Origin: the human T2T-CHM13v2.0 reference genome, Homo sapiens
DNA: 64,000 nucleotides
Reading direction: 5' to 3' (one strand)
NCBI RefSeq assembly: GCF_009914755.1
Contig: NC_060945.1
Made by a program: the position numbers and the translations under genes. Of this stretch, positions 39,546 to 53,149 are shown piece by piece. The stretch's first letter is position 1, and every line of letters starts with the position of its first letter. The notes below the pieces were generated by a model. The model worked only from the letters and a program-made list of their open reading frames with translations, was not told the origin of the DNA and did no database searches.

Positions 39546-41118
39546 TCACCCATCTTGCTTGATTTAGCATAATTCGCACGGGCCCCAGGATTTTCAGAAT
39601 AGTCAATGATTGTTGGCTTCAACTTAAAGTCACCAGCTTCATTAGCCCCTAACAAGAGAATTGGCCTGTGCTTTGAAGATTTGAAACCATGCGTTGACTT
39701 CTCCTCTCTAAATATAAAAGTCCTAGATGGCATCTTCTTCCAATAAAAGGCTATCTTGTCTACATTGAAAATGTGTTGTTTAGTTTGGCCACATTCATCA
39801 GTTATCTCACCTAGATCTTCTGGATAACTTGCTGCTGCTTCTGCATCGGCACTGGCTGTTTACCTTGCACTTTTATGTGATGGAGATGGCTTCTTTCCTT
39901 AAACCTCATGAACAAACCTTTTAGCGTCAAGCTTTTCTTCTGTAGCTTCCTTACCTCTCCCAGGCTTCACTGAATCAAAGAGAGTGAGGGCCTTGTCCTG
40001 GATTACGCTTTGGCTTAAGGGAATGCTGTGGCCGGTTTGATCCTTTATCCAGACCACTACAACATTCTCCATATTAGCAATCAGACTGTTTTGCTTTCTC
40101 AACATTTGTATGTTCACTGGAGTAGCAGTCTTAATTTTCTTCAAGAAGTTTTTTGACTTTTCTGTTTTGTTTTGTTTTTGTTTTTGTTTTACATTCACAA
40201 CTTGGCTGAAGTGGTGCAAGAAGTCTAGCCTTCCTCACAATCATTTCTAGCTTTTGGTTTAAAGTGAGAGACATGTGACTCTTCCCTTCACTAGGACACT
40301 CAGAGACCATCATAGGCTTACTAAATGGCTTACTTTCAATATTGTTGTGTCTCAGGGAATAGGGAGGCCCAAGGAGAAGGAGAGAGATGGGGGAATGGCT
40401 AGTCAGTGGAGCAGTCACAACAAACATGTCATTGATTAGGCTTGTCATCTTAATATGGACATGGTTCGTGTTGCCCCAAAACAATTACAATAGTAACATC
40501 AAAGATCACTGATCACATATCACCATAACAGATATGATAATAAAAAGTTTGGAATACTGCAAGAATTATTAAAATGTGACAAGAGACACAAAGTGAGAAC
40601 ACGCTGTTGGAAAAATAAAACCAGGAGACTTGCTCAATGTAGGGTTGCTACAAACCTTCAGTTTACAAAAAAGTAATATCTGAGGGGCAATAAAATAAAG
40701 CACAATAAAACAAGATATACCTGCATATACACACACATATATGTATATATAAACTATATATGTGTATATATACATATATATGCTAAAGGATATATACATA
40801 TATGTTTACATATATATACACAGATGCTCATATATATATTAAAGGATATATACATGACTACTGATGTTATTTGGGTTAGTGCTAAAGAATATATCTATAT
40901 ATAGATATGTATATATAGATATATATACACACATTTAAATATGCACATATGTAGACATGTATATAGATATGTGTATCTATATCTATATACACACAAATAC
41001 ATATTTATATATCTATATATATTACATATATAGCTAAAAGATATATCTGTATATATACACACACACACATATACATGTGTGTTATATGTGTGTGTGTGTG
41101 TGTAGATAGATCCTTTAG

Positions 41119-41171
41119 CACTGACCCAAATTAATAATGTCAGTAGTTTTCAATGACACCACCATTGAAAG
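41119..41171 (+). pseudogene. inverted micro-exon copy (53 nt, in-frame stop)
   Basis: tcctttag|CACTGACCCAAAT...ATTGAAAG|gtgagt on the plus strand. Confidence 0.7.
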
Positions 41172-41554
41172 GTGAGTTATATCAAATATATATCAAATTA
41201 GTGAAAGACTACTGATGTCATTTTATCCGGGCCAGTGCTAACGATTAAAAATGTACACTTCAGGTCAAGTGACTTCAGAGACATACTTTTCTGGTTGAAA
41301 TTATGTACATTTGCTCTACATTTATAAACTGGCTGAATCCTCAAAATGTGTATGTCAATGATTTGGAATCTACTATTAATATATCATTTTTTCCTAGAAG
41401 AAAACCTTATATTATGTAAAGGTGCTCCTGGGCCTTAACAAACAAACTAATGAATCACAATTTAAGTGCAGTTCTGTATTACTTCATTTGTGAATGAATT
41501 TTACCAATCTTAATATATGCCTCTCTTCTTTCTCTCCGTATTTTGAAATTTCAC

Positions 41555-41608
41555 CCATCATTGATGACTCTACCACACATTACTCTTTTTAATTCAATGA
41601 GGTAATAG
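41555..41608 (-). other. candidate 54-nt cassette micro-exon YYLIELKRVMCGRVIND
   Basis: aatcctttag|C...GG|gtgaaa; open phase 2-2. Confidence 0.6.
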
Positions 41609-42230
41609 CTAAAGGATTAAAAATGAACATAGCAAGACTCCACATGTTATCCTAGACTTAATTTTCTGACACAAATTAGCAATAATTATTCCACAATTTA
41701 TAATCTAGTTCCCCTGAAAAACGGACATTAATCAGTTATTTATTTGAAACATGGTATTTAATTTTTCTCTGGAAACGAGGTTTTAGATGTTTGTAATGAA
41801 ATTTTTCGGCCTGTGAAAAAAACTTAATGAATCAAGTTTATATACATTTCTTTACTCCTAAACCTAATCCCCAAGTTACTGTTTCTGGCAAAATTTACAT
41901 AAAATCAACTTCAGTTTGTAAACACCCACCTTGCTCGCCCTTGTAATTTTCTGCCTTCTCATGTTCAAATACCTCCAGTAACTCTTCACCAATCATGGAT
42001 GTCTTTCCTGCCCCTCAGATAGGGTTAAGTAACTACAGACCCAATGCAGGGCCTCCATACAATCTGATGGCTCATGACCGTAAACCCAGCAGTTTGGGAG
42101 GCTGAGGCGGGTGGATCACGAGGGCAGGAGTTCAAGACCAGCCTGGCCAATATAGTGAAACCCCGCCCCTACCAAAAATACAAAAAATTTGTCTGGCATG
42201 GTGGCACATGACTGCAGTCCCAGCTACTCA

Positions 42231-42332
<102 letters not shown>

Positions 42333-43356
42333 TCAAAAAATACAATAATAATAGAAATACATTTTAATTCGCCCATGCCTCCAACGTCCTATAAAATAAA
42401 TTCTTTTAAAAATTTATTTATTGGCTTAAAAATCAATACTACATACAAAACTCACATGCTATTGCTTAATGAGCAACTACAGAATTCTCACCTAGATGTT
42501 TCCTTAATCAGCCACTGATTAAACACAATCCTTTTATTCCTTCTGTAAAATCTCATTTTGCAAGGTTTCTTGAGCATTACACTATAATTAACTTGAATCA
42601 GGTTTTCCATATTACTTACACCTTTATGATTTATTTCCAGGAGAGGTTTTCACATGACTGGGAAAACCCTCCACCACCTCCTTCCTTTCACTGATCATGC
42701 TAGTCTCTCCTGCCCATGAGACACAGTGAAGTACCCGCACACCTGAGGAAAGCGGCATCCAATGAGGTGGTGGGTTTGGGCTGGGTCTAGGCACCAACCT
42801 CACATGTGGACAGAGCTCTCGAGTGTGTGGGACAAGTCCATGTTCCATTAGCTCCATTCTTTTTTTCCCAGGGCTTCACTACTCCTTATTGGCTGCTATC
42901 TCCTCCATGTTGCAAATAGGATTCTCTCCTTTCTTGGAACACTATGGTAGGGTCTCAAACTCAGGAAACCTGAATCCCTTAAAAAATTGCCTACCAGAAA
43001 TTGAGGGTGACAAATACACTAACAGGAAGAAGCAGCTCTCCTACGAACTGACCTCCTTATACAACTCCATCAAAAAAAGGTGCAAAGTTATCTACAAATG
43101 CTACAATGAGAAGAATTGGAAACCCTGTTAAAAAACACTCTGTATGGCCATGCAGGCTCCTGAGAGTAAATTCCACAAATGTCCATCTGTCTCCGTGTTT
43201 TGTGTTTCCATTTTGTGCATGGGTTTGTTTGTGTAAATGTGTTGACAAAAGTGTGTATGGATGAAGATGGATGGATATATTTGTGTATGTGCTTGGTGTG
43301 TGTATAGCTCTATGCACTCTTATGCATACGTGTGTCTTCATGTATTTATAACTCAC

Positions 43357-43410
43357 CTTTCACTGATAGGTGACACCCGGGCTGCTCCTTTAAATTCACT
43401 TGTGTGTGGG
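43357..43410 (-). CDS. TPTE: TPTE 54-nt exon SPHTSEFKGAARVSPISE(S)
   Basis: cctctag|C...AG|gtgagt, phase 2-2. Confidence 0.93.
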
Positions 43411-43438
43411 CTAGAGGATGATAAAAGAATACAGTCAG

Positions 43439-43721
<283 letters not shown>

Positions 43722-44118
43722 AAAAGAATACAGTCAGATAGGAGACGCGATTCTAAATTTACTTTTTTGGAAAATTAGCTTTTATTACTCTAGACAGAAA
43801 CCAATGAATTCCTATCAGAAATCTGAGTCCCATAAAAAAACTGCTTAGTAGGAACTAAGGGTGGCAAATACATTACAGGAAGAAGCAAATCTCCTACGAC
43901 CTGCTCCTTTTTATAGAGCTCCACCAAAGAAGGATGCAAAGTTACTAACAAATGCTACAATGAGACGAATTGGAAACTCTGTTAAAAAAAAAAAATCTCT
44001 ATGGCCATGCAGGCTCCTGAGAGTAAATTCCACAAATGTCCACCAGTCTCCTTTCTCTTTGGTCTATGTTTCCATCATGTGCATGGATTAGTTTGTGTAA
44101 GTGTGTTGAAGAGACGTG

Positions 44119-44208
44119 TGGATGGATGGATGAATGGATGGATGGATGAATGGATGGATGGATGGATGGATGGATGAATGGATGGATGGATGGATGGATG
44201 GATGGATG
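44119..44208. repeat. (GGAT)n microsatellite
   Basis: About 22 GGAT/GAAT units. Confidence 0.95.
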
Positions 44209-44291
44209 GGGTATACTTGCTCATGTGCCTGTGTGTGTATAGTTCTATGCACACTTATGCTGACGGGTGACTTTAACTATTTATTGCTCAC

Positions 44292-44345
44292 CTTTCTTTC
44301 GCAGGTGCCTCCTCGGTTGCTCCTTTAAATTCACTTGTCTGTGGA
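44292..44345 (-). CDS. TPTE: TPTE 54-nt exon [18 protein letters not shown](S)
   Basis: cactag|T...AG|gtgagc, phase 2-2. Confidence 0.93.
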
Positions 44346-45574
44346 CTAGTGGATGATAAGAGAAAACAGTCAGAGAGGAGACATAATTCTGAATTTATAT
44401 TTTGGAAAAATTACCTTTCATTACTCTAGACAGAAACCAATTAATTTCTGACTATTCATGTGTATAGTACTACTGGAACCTGGAATGTCTTTTCCTCTTT
44501 ATTAGCAATGAGGATTTATATGGCGACAACCAAAATCTTAGGCGGGGGAAAATAGTAATGCTTCCCGATTTAAGTAAACCTCTTTATTATGACCTCAGTC
44601 CCAATGTGTGACAGACTTTGTGGTGGTAGTTATTTCAAACTCAACTCCAATTTGTAGGTAGTCAGCCCTCTTATTCCATTCAATGTCCTGCTTAAAAGGC
44701 CCTCCATTAGCTCCTTATGTTCACCCAGCATGGTGGTTTCTCATGTCCCACAAAAAGGGTCAGGTAACTAGAGGTCTGACACAGGGGCACAATCCAATAG
44801 GATGGTGATTTTAGGTTTGGAGCACCAGCCTCTGTGGTGGCAGGGTTCTGGAGGGTGGTGAACACCTCCAAGGCTCATAGCTCTGTTGCTTTCTGCTGAA
44901 GGCTTCACAGTTCCCCAAGTACTCCTACCTCCTCCTCACTCCAAACAGGATTCTCTCTTCCCTGGGCCTACTCTGGTATGTCTGGTACACAGAAAATCTG
45001 CTTTTCCAAAGCATTTGCCTGCTACTTACTAAGGGTGACAAGACAGTAACAGATGGAAGCCTCTCTCTCTAGTCAGTTTCTTTTTTTCTAAACAATATAA
45101 AAATGTGGAAGTTATCTATACATGATACAGGGAGATGATAAAGAACCTGTGTCAAAGAAACACTGTATTATCAGGAACACATCTGAGAGTTAATCCCACT
45201 AATCTCGGTCTCTTTCTCTGTCACTGTTTTGTGTGTGTGTGTGTGCATCTTTTTTTTTTTTCATTTTTGCAACAGTTTCGCTCCTGCTGCCCAGGGTGGA
45301 ATGCAGCGGCATGTTCTCAGCTCACTGCAAACTCCACTTCCCCAGGTTCAATCGATTCTCCTGCCTCAGTCTCCTGAGTAGCTGGGATTAGAGGCACCTG
45401 CCACCACACCTGGCTAGTTCTTGTAGTTTTAGTAGAGACAGGGTTTCACGATGTTTGCCAGCCTGGTCTCGAACACCCGACCTCAGGGTATCGGCCTGCT
45501 TCAGCCTCCCAAAGTGCTCAGATTACAGGTGTGAACCATTGCACCTGGTCATGTGTACATCTTTTATAACTCAC

Positions 45575-45628
45575 CTGTCATTGGGGCCGAGCTCAATGAT
45601 GACTCCCGCCAGGTCAGTCGGATCAGGA
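45575..45628 (-). CDS. TPTE: TPTE 54-nt exon [18 protein letters not shown](S)
   Basis: cctttag|T...AG|gtgagt, phase 2-2, matches the TPTE N-terminus. Confidence 0.93.
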
Positions 45629-46544
45629 CTAAAGGACAAATATGGTCAGAGTCAGACCCAATGCGTAATTCTAATGTTTTGCAACAAATAGCTACAGTTA
45701 GTCTATGTGTCATTCCCCAGTTACACTTTTATTATTCACATGTATGTATATCACTAAATTGACCTGGGATGGCATTTGTCTTTTTATTAGAAATGAGGTT
45801 TCATATGCCAACAGTGAGCATTTTAGGCTGTGACCATAGCGATGCATGCAGATTAAGTAAGGGTATCTACACCTCAAGGTGTAACAGCATTTTTGGAGAG
45901 CATTTAATTCTAGTTCAAATTTAGTTCCTGAGTCTCCCTTCTTATAATCCCATTTGAGTTCCTCATTCTCTATCACCTCCAATCACCTCCTCACTTTTCA
46001 CCCATCCTAGTTGTCTCTCCTGCCCAAGAGTTGCGGCCAAGTAGCTGGAGGCCTCAAGCAAGGGCTCCATCCCATGTGAGAGTGGGTATGGGCAAAGGCA
46101 GTCAGCCTCACATAACGGTAGAGCTCTGGAGGGGGTGAAATAATTCCAGGGTTATTAGCTCTGTTCTTTGTTTTGGCTGGGATTTCTCTGATCTTTGTCC
46201 ACTCCTATCTCCTTCTCCCTGCAAGCAGGATTCGCTTCTCCCTTGGTTCATGCTACTAGGAAAGTCTCATTCTCACAGAAAGGTAATGTGACAAACACTA
46301 ACATAAAAAGCCTCCCTCTATGAGTTCCTCCCCATTTTCCTACCTCCATCCAAAAAACAAAACAATATTGCATACAAAGCTCATTCTGAGAGGACTCTAG
46401 AAATAGTTTCAAGGGAACTCCTTGTTCCCATGGATGCCTGTCACACTCAATAGCCCTACTCAGTCTCTCTTGTGTGTACGAATGCATGTATGTATGTGTT
46501 TGTATATGCATAGACACATGTATAACTGTATTCCTTGGTATCAC

Positions 46545-46599
46545 ATGGTGCATTGGCCAGCCTACTAGAAGGTACTCTCAATTCACACACAGGGCCGTG
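46545..46599 (-). pseudogene. decayed micro-exon copy (acceptor GG, frameshifted)
   Basis: Sits at the exon position of the 46.0-46.7 kb unit; residual ELRVPSSRLAN reading. Confidence 0.5.
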
Positions 46600-46612
46600 C
46601 CAAAGAAGTTAA

Positions 46613-46977
<365 letters not shown>

Positions 46978-48005
46978 TAGGACTACAGGCCTGAGCCACC
47001 GCACCCGACCTTCCAACTACTTTTCAACCTGTAAATTGCCTTACCCTTAGAGAAGTCATGTGTGTATTTGGTTCTTTGGAATCTGCCATGCCATTTACCC
47101 TACACATCATACTTTATATGATTGCAGCACATCTATCTAAGACTCACTGACTCAAGAGTTCACCAAAACTCTGTACCACTGGAGCTGGCCAATGCACGAC
47201 AGACAGCCTTTTGTGGGTGAATTTCTTTTAAATTCAACTCCACTGGGTAGGCATTCCTCCTCCTAATCCCATCTATGGCCCACTTCCTGGATCTCTCCGT
47301 CAAGTCTTTCCTTTCACCCATCATGCTAGTCTTTCCTGTCCATGGGACACAGGCAAGTAGCTGTGGGCCTAAGGAACGGCTGCATCCAATGAGGTGGTGT
47401 GCTTGTGTTTATGTTTTAGCACCAACCTCATATGTTGACAGAGCTCTGGAGTGTGAGGGACAAGTCCATGTTCCATTAGCTCTGTTCTTTTCTGCCCAGG
47501 GCTTCACTGCTCCTTGTCAGCTGCTATCTCCTCCATGTTGCAAATAGGATTTTCTCCTCCTTTCTGTCAATCTGGTAGGCTCTCAAACTCAGGAAATCTG
47601 AGTCCTTTAAGCTGCTGCTTACTAGGAACTAACAGTGACAAATACACTAACATAGGAAGCAGCAGCTCTCTTATGACCTGCTCCTTTTTATATCACTCCG
47701 TTAGAAAAGGAAGCAATGTTACCTACAAAGGCTACTAGGAGAAGAATTGGAAATCCTGTTAAAAACCACTCTCTATGGCCACGCAGGCTTCCCAGAATAA
47801 ACTCCACAAATGTCCGGCCGTCTGTCTCCTTGTTGTATGTTTCCACTGTATGCATGGATTTGTTAGTGGATGTGTTTGAGAGAAGTGTGTACGGATGGAT
47901 GCATGGATGGATGGATGGATATATTTGTTTATGTGCCTGTGTCTGTGAATACTTCTATGCTCAGTTATAATTCGATAAATAAAGACACACGTACGCATAA
48001 CTCAC

Positions 48006-48016
48006 CTTTCATTCAT
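48006..48016 (-). CDS. TPTE: TPTE start-codon exon, coding part (whole exon 48006-48059, 54 nt): MNE(S)
   Basis: catcctctag|TCCACCC...CGT ATG AAT GAA AG|gtgagt. Confidence 0.9.
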
Positions 48017-48985
48017 ACGTGCCTCTGGGTTCACTCCTGATAATTCATTTGTGGGTGGACTAGAGGATGTCAAAAGAATATAGTCAGACAGGAGACACAA
48101 TTCAAAATTTACTTTTCTGGTAAAACTAGCTTTCATTAATCTGCACATAAACCAGTTAAGTTCTGACTATTCATGTGTATAGCACTATTTGGTTCTGAAA
48201 TGTCATTTTTTAATTAAAAAGGAGGATTTATATGATGGCAACCAACATCTTAGGCTGGGGAAAATAGTAATGCTTTCAGATTTAAATAAACCTCTTTATT
48301 ATGACCTCAGTCCCAATGCGTGACAGCCTTTGTGGTGGCAGTTATTTCAAACTAAACTTTTGTGTGGAGGTAGTCAGCCCTCTTATTCCACTAAATGTGC
48401 TGCCTCGAAAGCCCTCCATTACTTCTTCACTTGATTGTCTCTGTTGGTCCACAAGTACGGTAAAGTAACTGCAGGTCTGAGTCAAGCACACAATCCAATA
48501 TGATGGTATTTGGGGTTTTGAGTACCACCCTGTATTGTGGCAGAGTTCTGCAGGGTCAAAAACATTTCTAGGGTTGTTAGCTTTTTTCTCTTCTCCTGAG
48601 GTCTTCACTACTCTCCGTCCCTGCTGTCCTTTCCTGTTTCCAAAGAGGATTCTCTGCTGTCCTCAGCCATTATAGTAAGGTCTCACATATAGGCAGTCTG
48701 AAAATTAGTTTTTATTTTTACTCAAGAGTATCAAACAGACTAGTAAGAAAAATCATTCTTCTTTTTATGTGGTCATCTTTTATCTAAATTCATTCAAGAC
48801 ATAAAGTCACCTTCATATCCTATAGTGAGATCATGCAGACACATGTGTCAAAGTTTTTTGTTTTTCCATTAATGCCCTTGAATGGGAACTTCCCTAATCT
48901 CAACCTTTATATTTCTCTGCTGTACCTGTGGGTGCATGCCTTGATTTAATATGAATGCATATAGGTATATATAAATGGTATATAA

Positions 48986-49343
<358 letters not shown>

Positions 49344-49364
49344 TCTATATTATTTCTGTCTCAC

Positions 49365-49418
49365 AGTTCACTGACAGCTCCATTCCAGGGTACTGATTTG
49401 AATTTAGACTTGGCAGTG
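49365..49418 (-). other. candidate 54-nt micro-exon TAKSKFKSVPWNGAVSE
   Basis: ttctgtag|C...CT|gtgaga; open phase 2-2. Confidence 0.6.
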
Positions 49419-50258
49419 CTACAGAATTTAAATATATATATGTATCGTCCAACACCAATATGACATTCTGGACTTCACTTTCTGGTTTGAATTACTCACA
49501 AGCGATGTTTAGTTCTTTACAATTGAATACAGCACAAACTAAGCATTTGATGGTTTACTTTATTTCAAATTCAGCTGCAGTTTCTATATACAAATCCCCT
49601 TGACCCCATCTCATTTCCTGACACTAAAATCCCTTCATGAGTGCCTTGTTTTTGCCATTATAGGTGTCTTCTCTGCTCTCACACAGGGTCAAGAAACTGC
49701 CCCATACAATGTGATGATGGGTGTGGGCTTGTAGTGTTAGCCTCACATGGTGGTAGAGCTCTGGGTGTGAGGAACCCTGCCAGGGCCATTAGCTCTGTTT
49801 GTTTTCCCTAAGGGCCCCGCTGCTCCCTGTCCACTGCTACTCGCTTGTTGCTCTGCATAGGGTTTTCTTCCCTTGGTCCACTCTAGTATGTCTCATACAC
49901 AGGAAATCTGACTTTCCTAAGTATGTGCCTGCTACTAAGGGTGACAAGACAATAACAAGAAGTTTCCCTTTTTTGCCCTGTTCCTTTTTTATCCAATTTA
50001 ATCAAAAAGTTGGATAAGGGGCCTGCAGGGCCTATAGTTAGGAGGTTTATAAACAGTGTAAAAGACATTCTGTATGGCCATAGATGATCCTGAGCGCAAG
50101 CACATAATCTTCATCTTTCTCTCTGTCGATTCTCTCTCTCTTTTCTCTTTCTCTCCCTTTCTCTCTCTCCCTGTGTTTGTGTGTCTAGATAGACAGAAGT
50201 ATGTATATCTGCATATATATTTCTTTAAATATTTGTGTATATATATTTTATAATTCAC

Positions 50259-50309
50259 ATTTCATTGGTGGTTCTATCATAGGTCATTGATGTCAATTCT
50301 GTATGCAGG
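50259..50309 (-). other. candidate 51-nt micro-exon LHTELTSMTYDRTTNE
   Basis: ttcctttag|C...AT|gtgaat; open phase 2-2. Confidence 0.65.
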
Positions 50310-50439
50310 CTAAAGGAATATAAAAGTAGATAGTTGGACACACATGTAATTCTAAACTTACTTTTTGAATCAAACAGCTACAGTTACTCTACAATGTACT
50401 ATCTGGTTGACATTTAAATATTCATGTGTATATCACTAA

Positions 50440-50568
<129 letters not shown>

Positions 50569-51469
50569 TGAGTAGATGGGATTACAGGCATGCACCACCA
50601 CACCTGGCTAATTTTTGTATTTTTAGTAGAGACAGGGTTTTGCCATGTTGGTCAGGCTGGTCTCAAATTCCTGGCCTCAAGTGATCTAGCTGTCTTGGCC
50701 TCCCAAAGTGCTGGGATTACAGATATGAGCCACCATGCCTGGCCAGTGGCATTTATTTCTAATGTAACTGCAGTCTGTAAGGAAACATGCCTCTTACCCC
50801 ATCTAAATTCTTGATTCCTAAGTCCTTCTGTCACTTCTTTACTTTCACCCATCATGGCTGTCTTTCTTGCCCAGAAGATATGACCATGTAGCTGTAGGCC
50901 TGAGTCAGGAACTCCCTACAAAATGATTGTGGGTTTGGGTTTGGGGCACCAGCCTCACATGGTGGTAGAACGCTAGAAGGTGAGGAACCCATTACGGTTT
51001 CATGAACTCTGTTCTTTTTGCTGAGTGCTTCACTCCTCCGTCACCTGTTACCTCCCCATTGCTCCAAATAGGATTCTCTCTCCCTTTGGCCCACTCTAGT
51101 AGTAGGAGAGTCTCATAAATGGAAAACCTCAGAGGTTCCTAAGGGATTGGATACTACTAACTTAGAGTGACAAATATACTAAGAGGAAGAAGCATCCCTT
51201 TCATGACTTCATCCTCTTTTATCCAATTTGGTCTGAAAAAAAAAATAGAAGGTTATCTATAGATCCTACAGTGAGAAGATTTAGACATAGTGTCAAAGAT
51301 ATTCTGTATTTCCAAGGATATGCCTGACAGTGAATTTTACAAATATCAACTTCTCTTTCTCTTTCATTGTTTTATGTTTCTGTGTGTGTATGTGTATGCA
51401 TGCGTGTATGTTATGTGTATATATGTATATATACACTTACTTGTATATAAATCCTTGTTTCTAATTCAC

Positions 51470-51523
51470 ATTTCATGGGTGGCTCTATCATAGGTTACTA
51501 CCATCAACTCAATTGGCTGTGGG
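51470..51523 (-). other. candidate 54-nt micro-exon PQPIELMVVTYDRATHE
   Basis: attccccag|C...AT|gtgaat; open phase 2-2. Confidence 0.65.
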
Positions 51524-51618
51524 CTGGGGAATTATAAAAGCATATTACTCAGATACAAACACAATTTGGACTTACACTTTTGGTCAAATAGCTGCAGTTA
51601 CTCTAGACAAGAGTCTAC

Positions 51619-51827
51619 CTGCCAAGGAATGCCAAAGATTGCCAGCAACCAGAAAAAGCTAGCAAAGAGGTATCAAACAGATTCTTCCTTATAGCCTTCA
51701 TAAAAAGCCAACCCTACTGACAACCTCAATTTCAGATTTCTAGTCCCTAGGACTATGAGATCATTAATTTTTGTTTAAGCCACTTGGTTTGTGATACTTT
51801 TTTAAAGCAGCCCTAGAAACTAATATA
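51619..51827 (+). mobile_element. MLT1 (MLT1C-like) LTR, 3' half
   Basis: gccaaggaatgccaaagattgccagcaacca...gcagccctagaaactaata. Confidence 0.75.
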
Positions 51828-52071
51828 GCCTAACCTGGTAGAATCTCATACACAGGCAATCCAACAGTTTTCTGAAAGTTTTAGCTACTAGTCAACTCAG
51901 CTAGGAAGAAGTAGACTTCTTGTGATCTACTTATCTTGTATCCAACTAGACCCAAAAAGAAAAGGATGTTACATACAGAAGCTGAAACTACCAGTACTTC
52001 AGAAACAGTGTCCAAGAAACTCTATAGTTAACATTTGTGTGTATCTTTATGAACATACACACACATAACAC

Positions 52072-52167
52072 CTTTCACTGATGGCTCCATTATAGGCTAG
52101 TGATATCATTTCACTTTCACTGAGGACTCCATCATGGTTTAGTGATATCACTTCATTTGGGTCAGAG
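52072..52167 (-). other. candidate 96-nt micro-exon SDPNEVISLNHDGVLSESEMISLAYNGAISE
   Basis: tctttag|C...AG|gtgtta; open frame; internal 42-nt duplication. Confidence 0.65.
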
Positions 52168-52554
52168 CTAAAGAATTAAACTAAATTGTACATAATCAAA
52201 TACCATGTGAATTTGTAGGCTTAATTTTTATTCAAATTAGCTACAATAACCCTACAACTAATAAACTAGCTGTTCTAAAAAAAACAAAACAAACAAAACA
52301 CATGCAATTTAGCCATTTGGAAACAACAGTGACCATCCCTGCCTGTCTCCATAGACAATAACAGCAACTACCCAGGAGTAGTTACAGTAAAATTAGGAGA
52401 GCATTAGGCTGGCTGATGAAAACAGGGAAGGGCTGAAGAGCCATCCTTGGGCCTTCACTCCTCCACCTGCCTACATCTCCAAAGCCCAGGTTACAAACCA
52501 GAGAGACTGTCTCCTCCAATGCTGCTTTGTTCAGGAGCTTCAAGGTGATATAGT

Positions 52555-52955
52555 TGTTTAATTAAATGAAATTTTCCCTGAGGTTGCCTCTGTACTTGAG
52601 TCCTTATGCAACAAACTGCAAGCTAACCTAGTGTGTAAACTAACAGCACAATTATGAATAGAATATACACTTGTAACAGATAGCTGTGTCTCAGTCAATT
52701 ACAGCAGCTGAGCTTCAGTCAATTGCGGGTGGCTGACTGATTCAAATAAGACAAAACATCCAGCTGTAACCAGTTGTAAACAACAAAGCTGTTTCTGGAC
52801 CTCACTTCCATTTTCTGTCCATAATGCTGTCTGGCCACATTGCCAGCTTGCAGTTCTCAGAACTTGTTCTCGTTCTAAAAGCTTCCCAACTCACGAATCA
52901 TTCTTGCACTATTAAACTCTTAAATTTACCTTGTCTAAAGCTTTTCCTTTTCACA
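52555..52955 (+). mobile_element. ERV1 solo LTR (MER57/MER93-like)
   Basis: TG...CA-bounded ~400 bp with ctgtaacca...ctgtttctg..cctcacttcc and attaaactc motifs. Confidence 0.55.
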
Positions 52956-53149
52956 ACCCAGAGGAGTTGCCTGGTCAGTGTTTCATGGTTCCTGAGACTC
53001 TCTACCCTGGGGCACATCACTTCTCTTCATTTTAAACTTACTGACAATGACACAGCTTACGTCCTAGATTTCAGTGAGACTGACTATATAATTCCTGCCC
53101 AAACCAGGACACTTTTGAAAGGAAAAAGTGGGTGCTATTAATAATTATG

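Larger units (their letters stand above)
34402..40723 (-). mobile_element. Tigger1 DNA transposon (ends at about 34402-34770 and 39545-40723) with nested L1
   Basis: Both TIR-bearing ends present; transposase remnants in ORFs 39542-40484 (MPSRTFI..., [14 protein letters not shown]). Confidence 0.88.

Noticed and set aside
39542-40484. Active or domesticated Tigger transposase
   Set aside because: It is fragmented across frames, interrupted by an L1, and missing internal sequence.
44134-44328. MDGW-repeat ORF
   Set aside because: It is a translation of the GGAT microsatellite.
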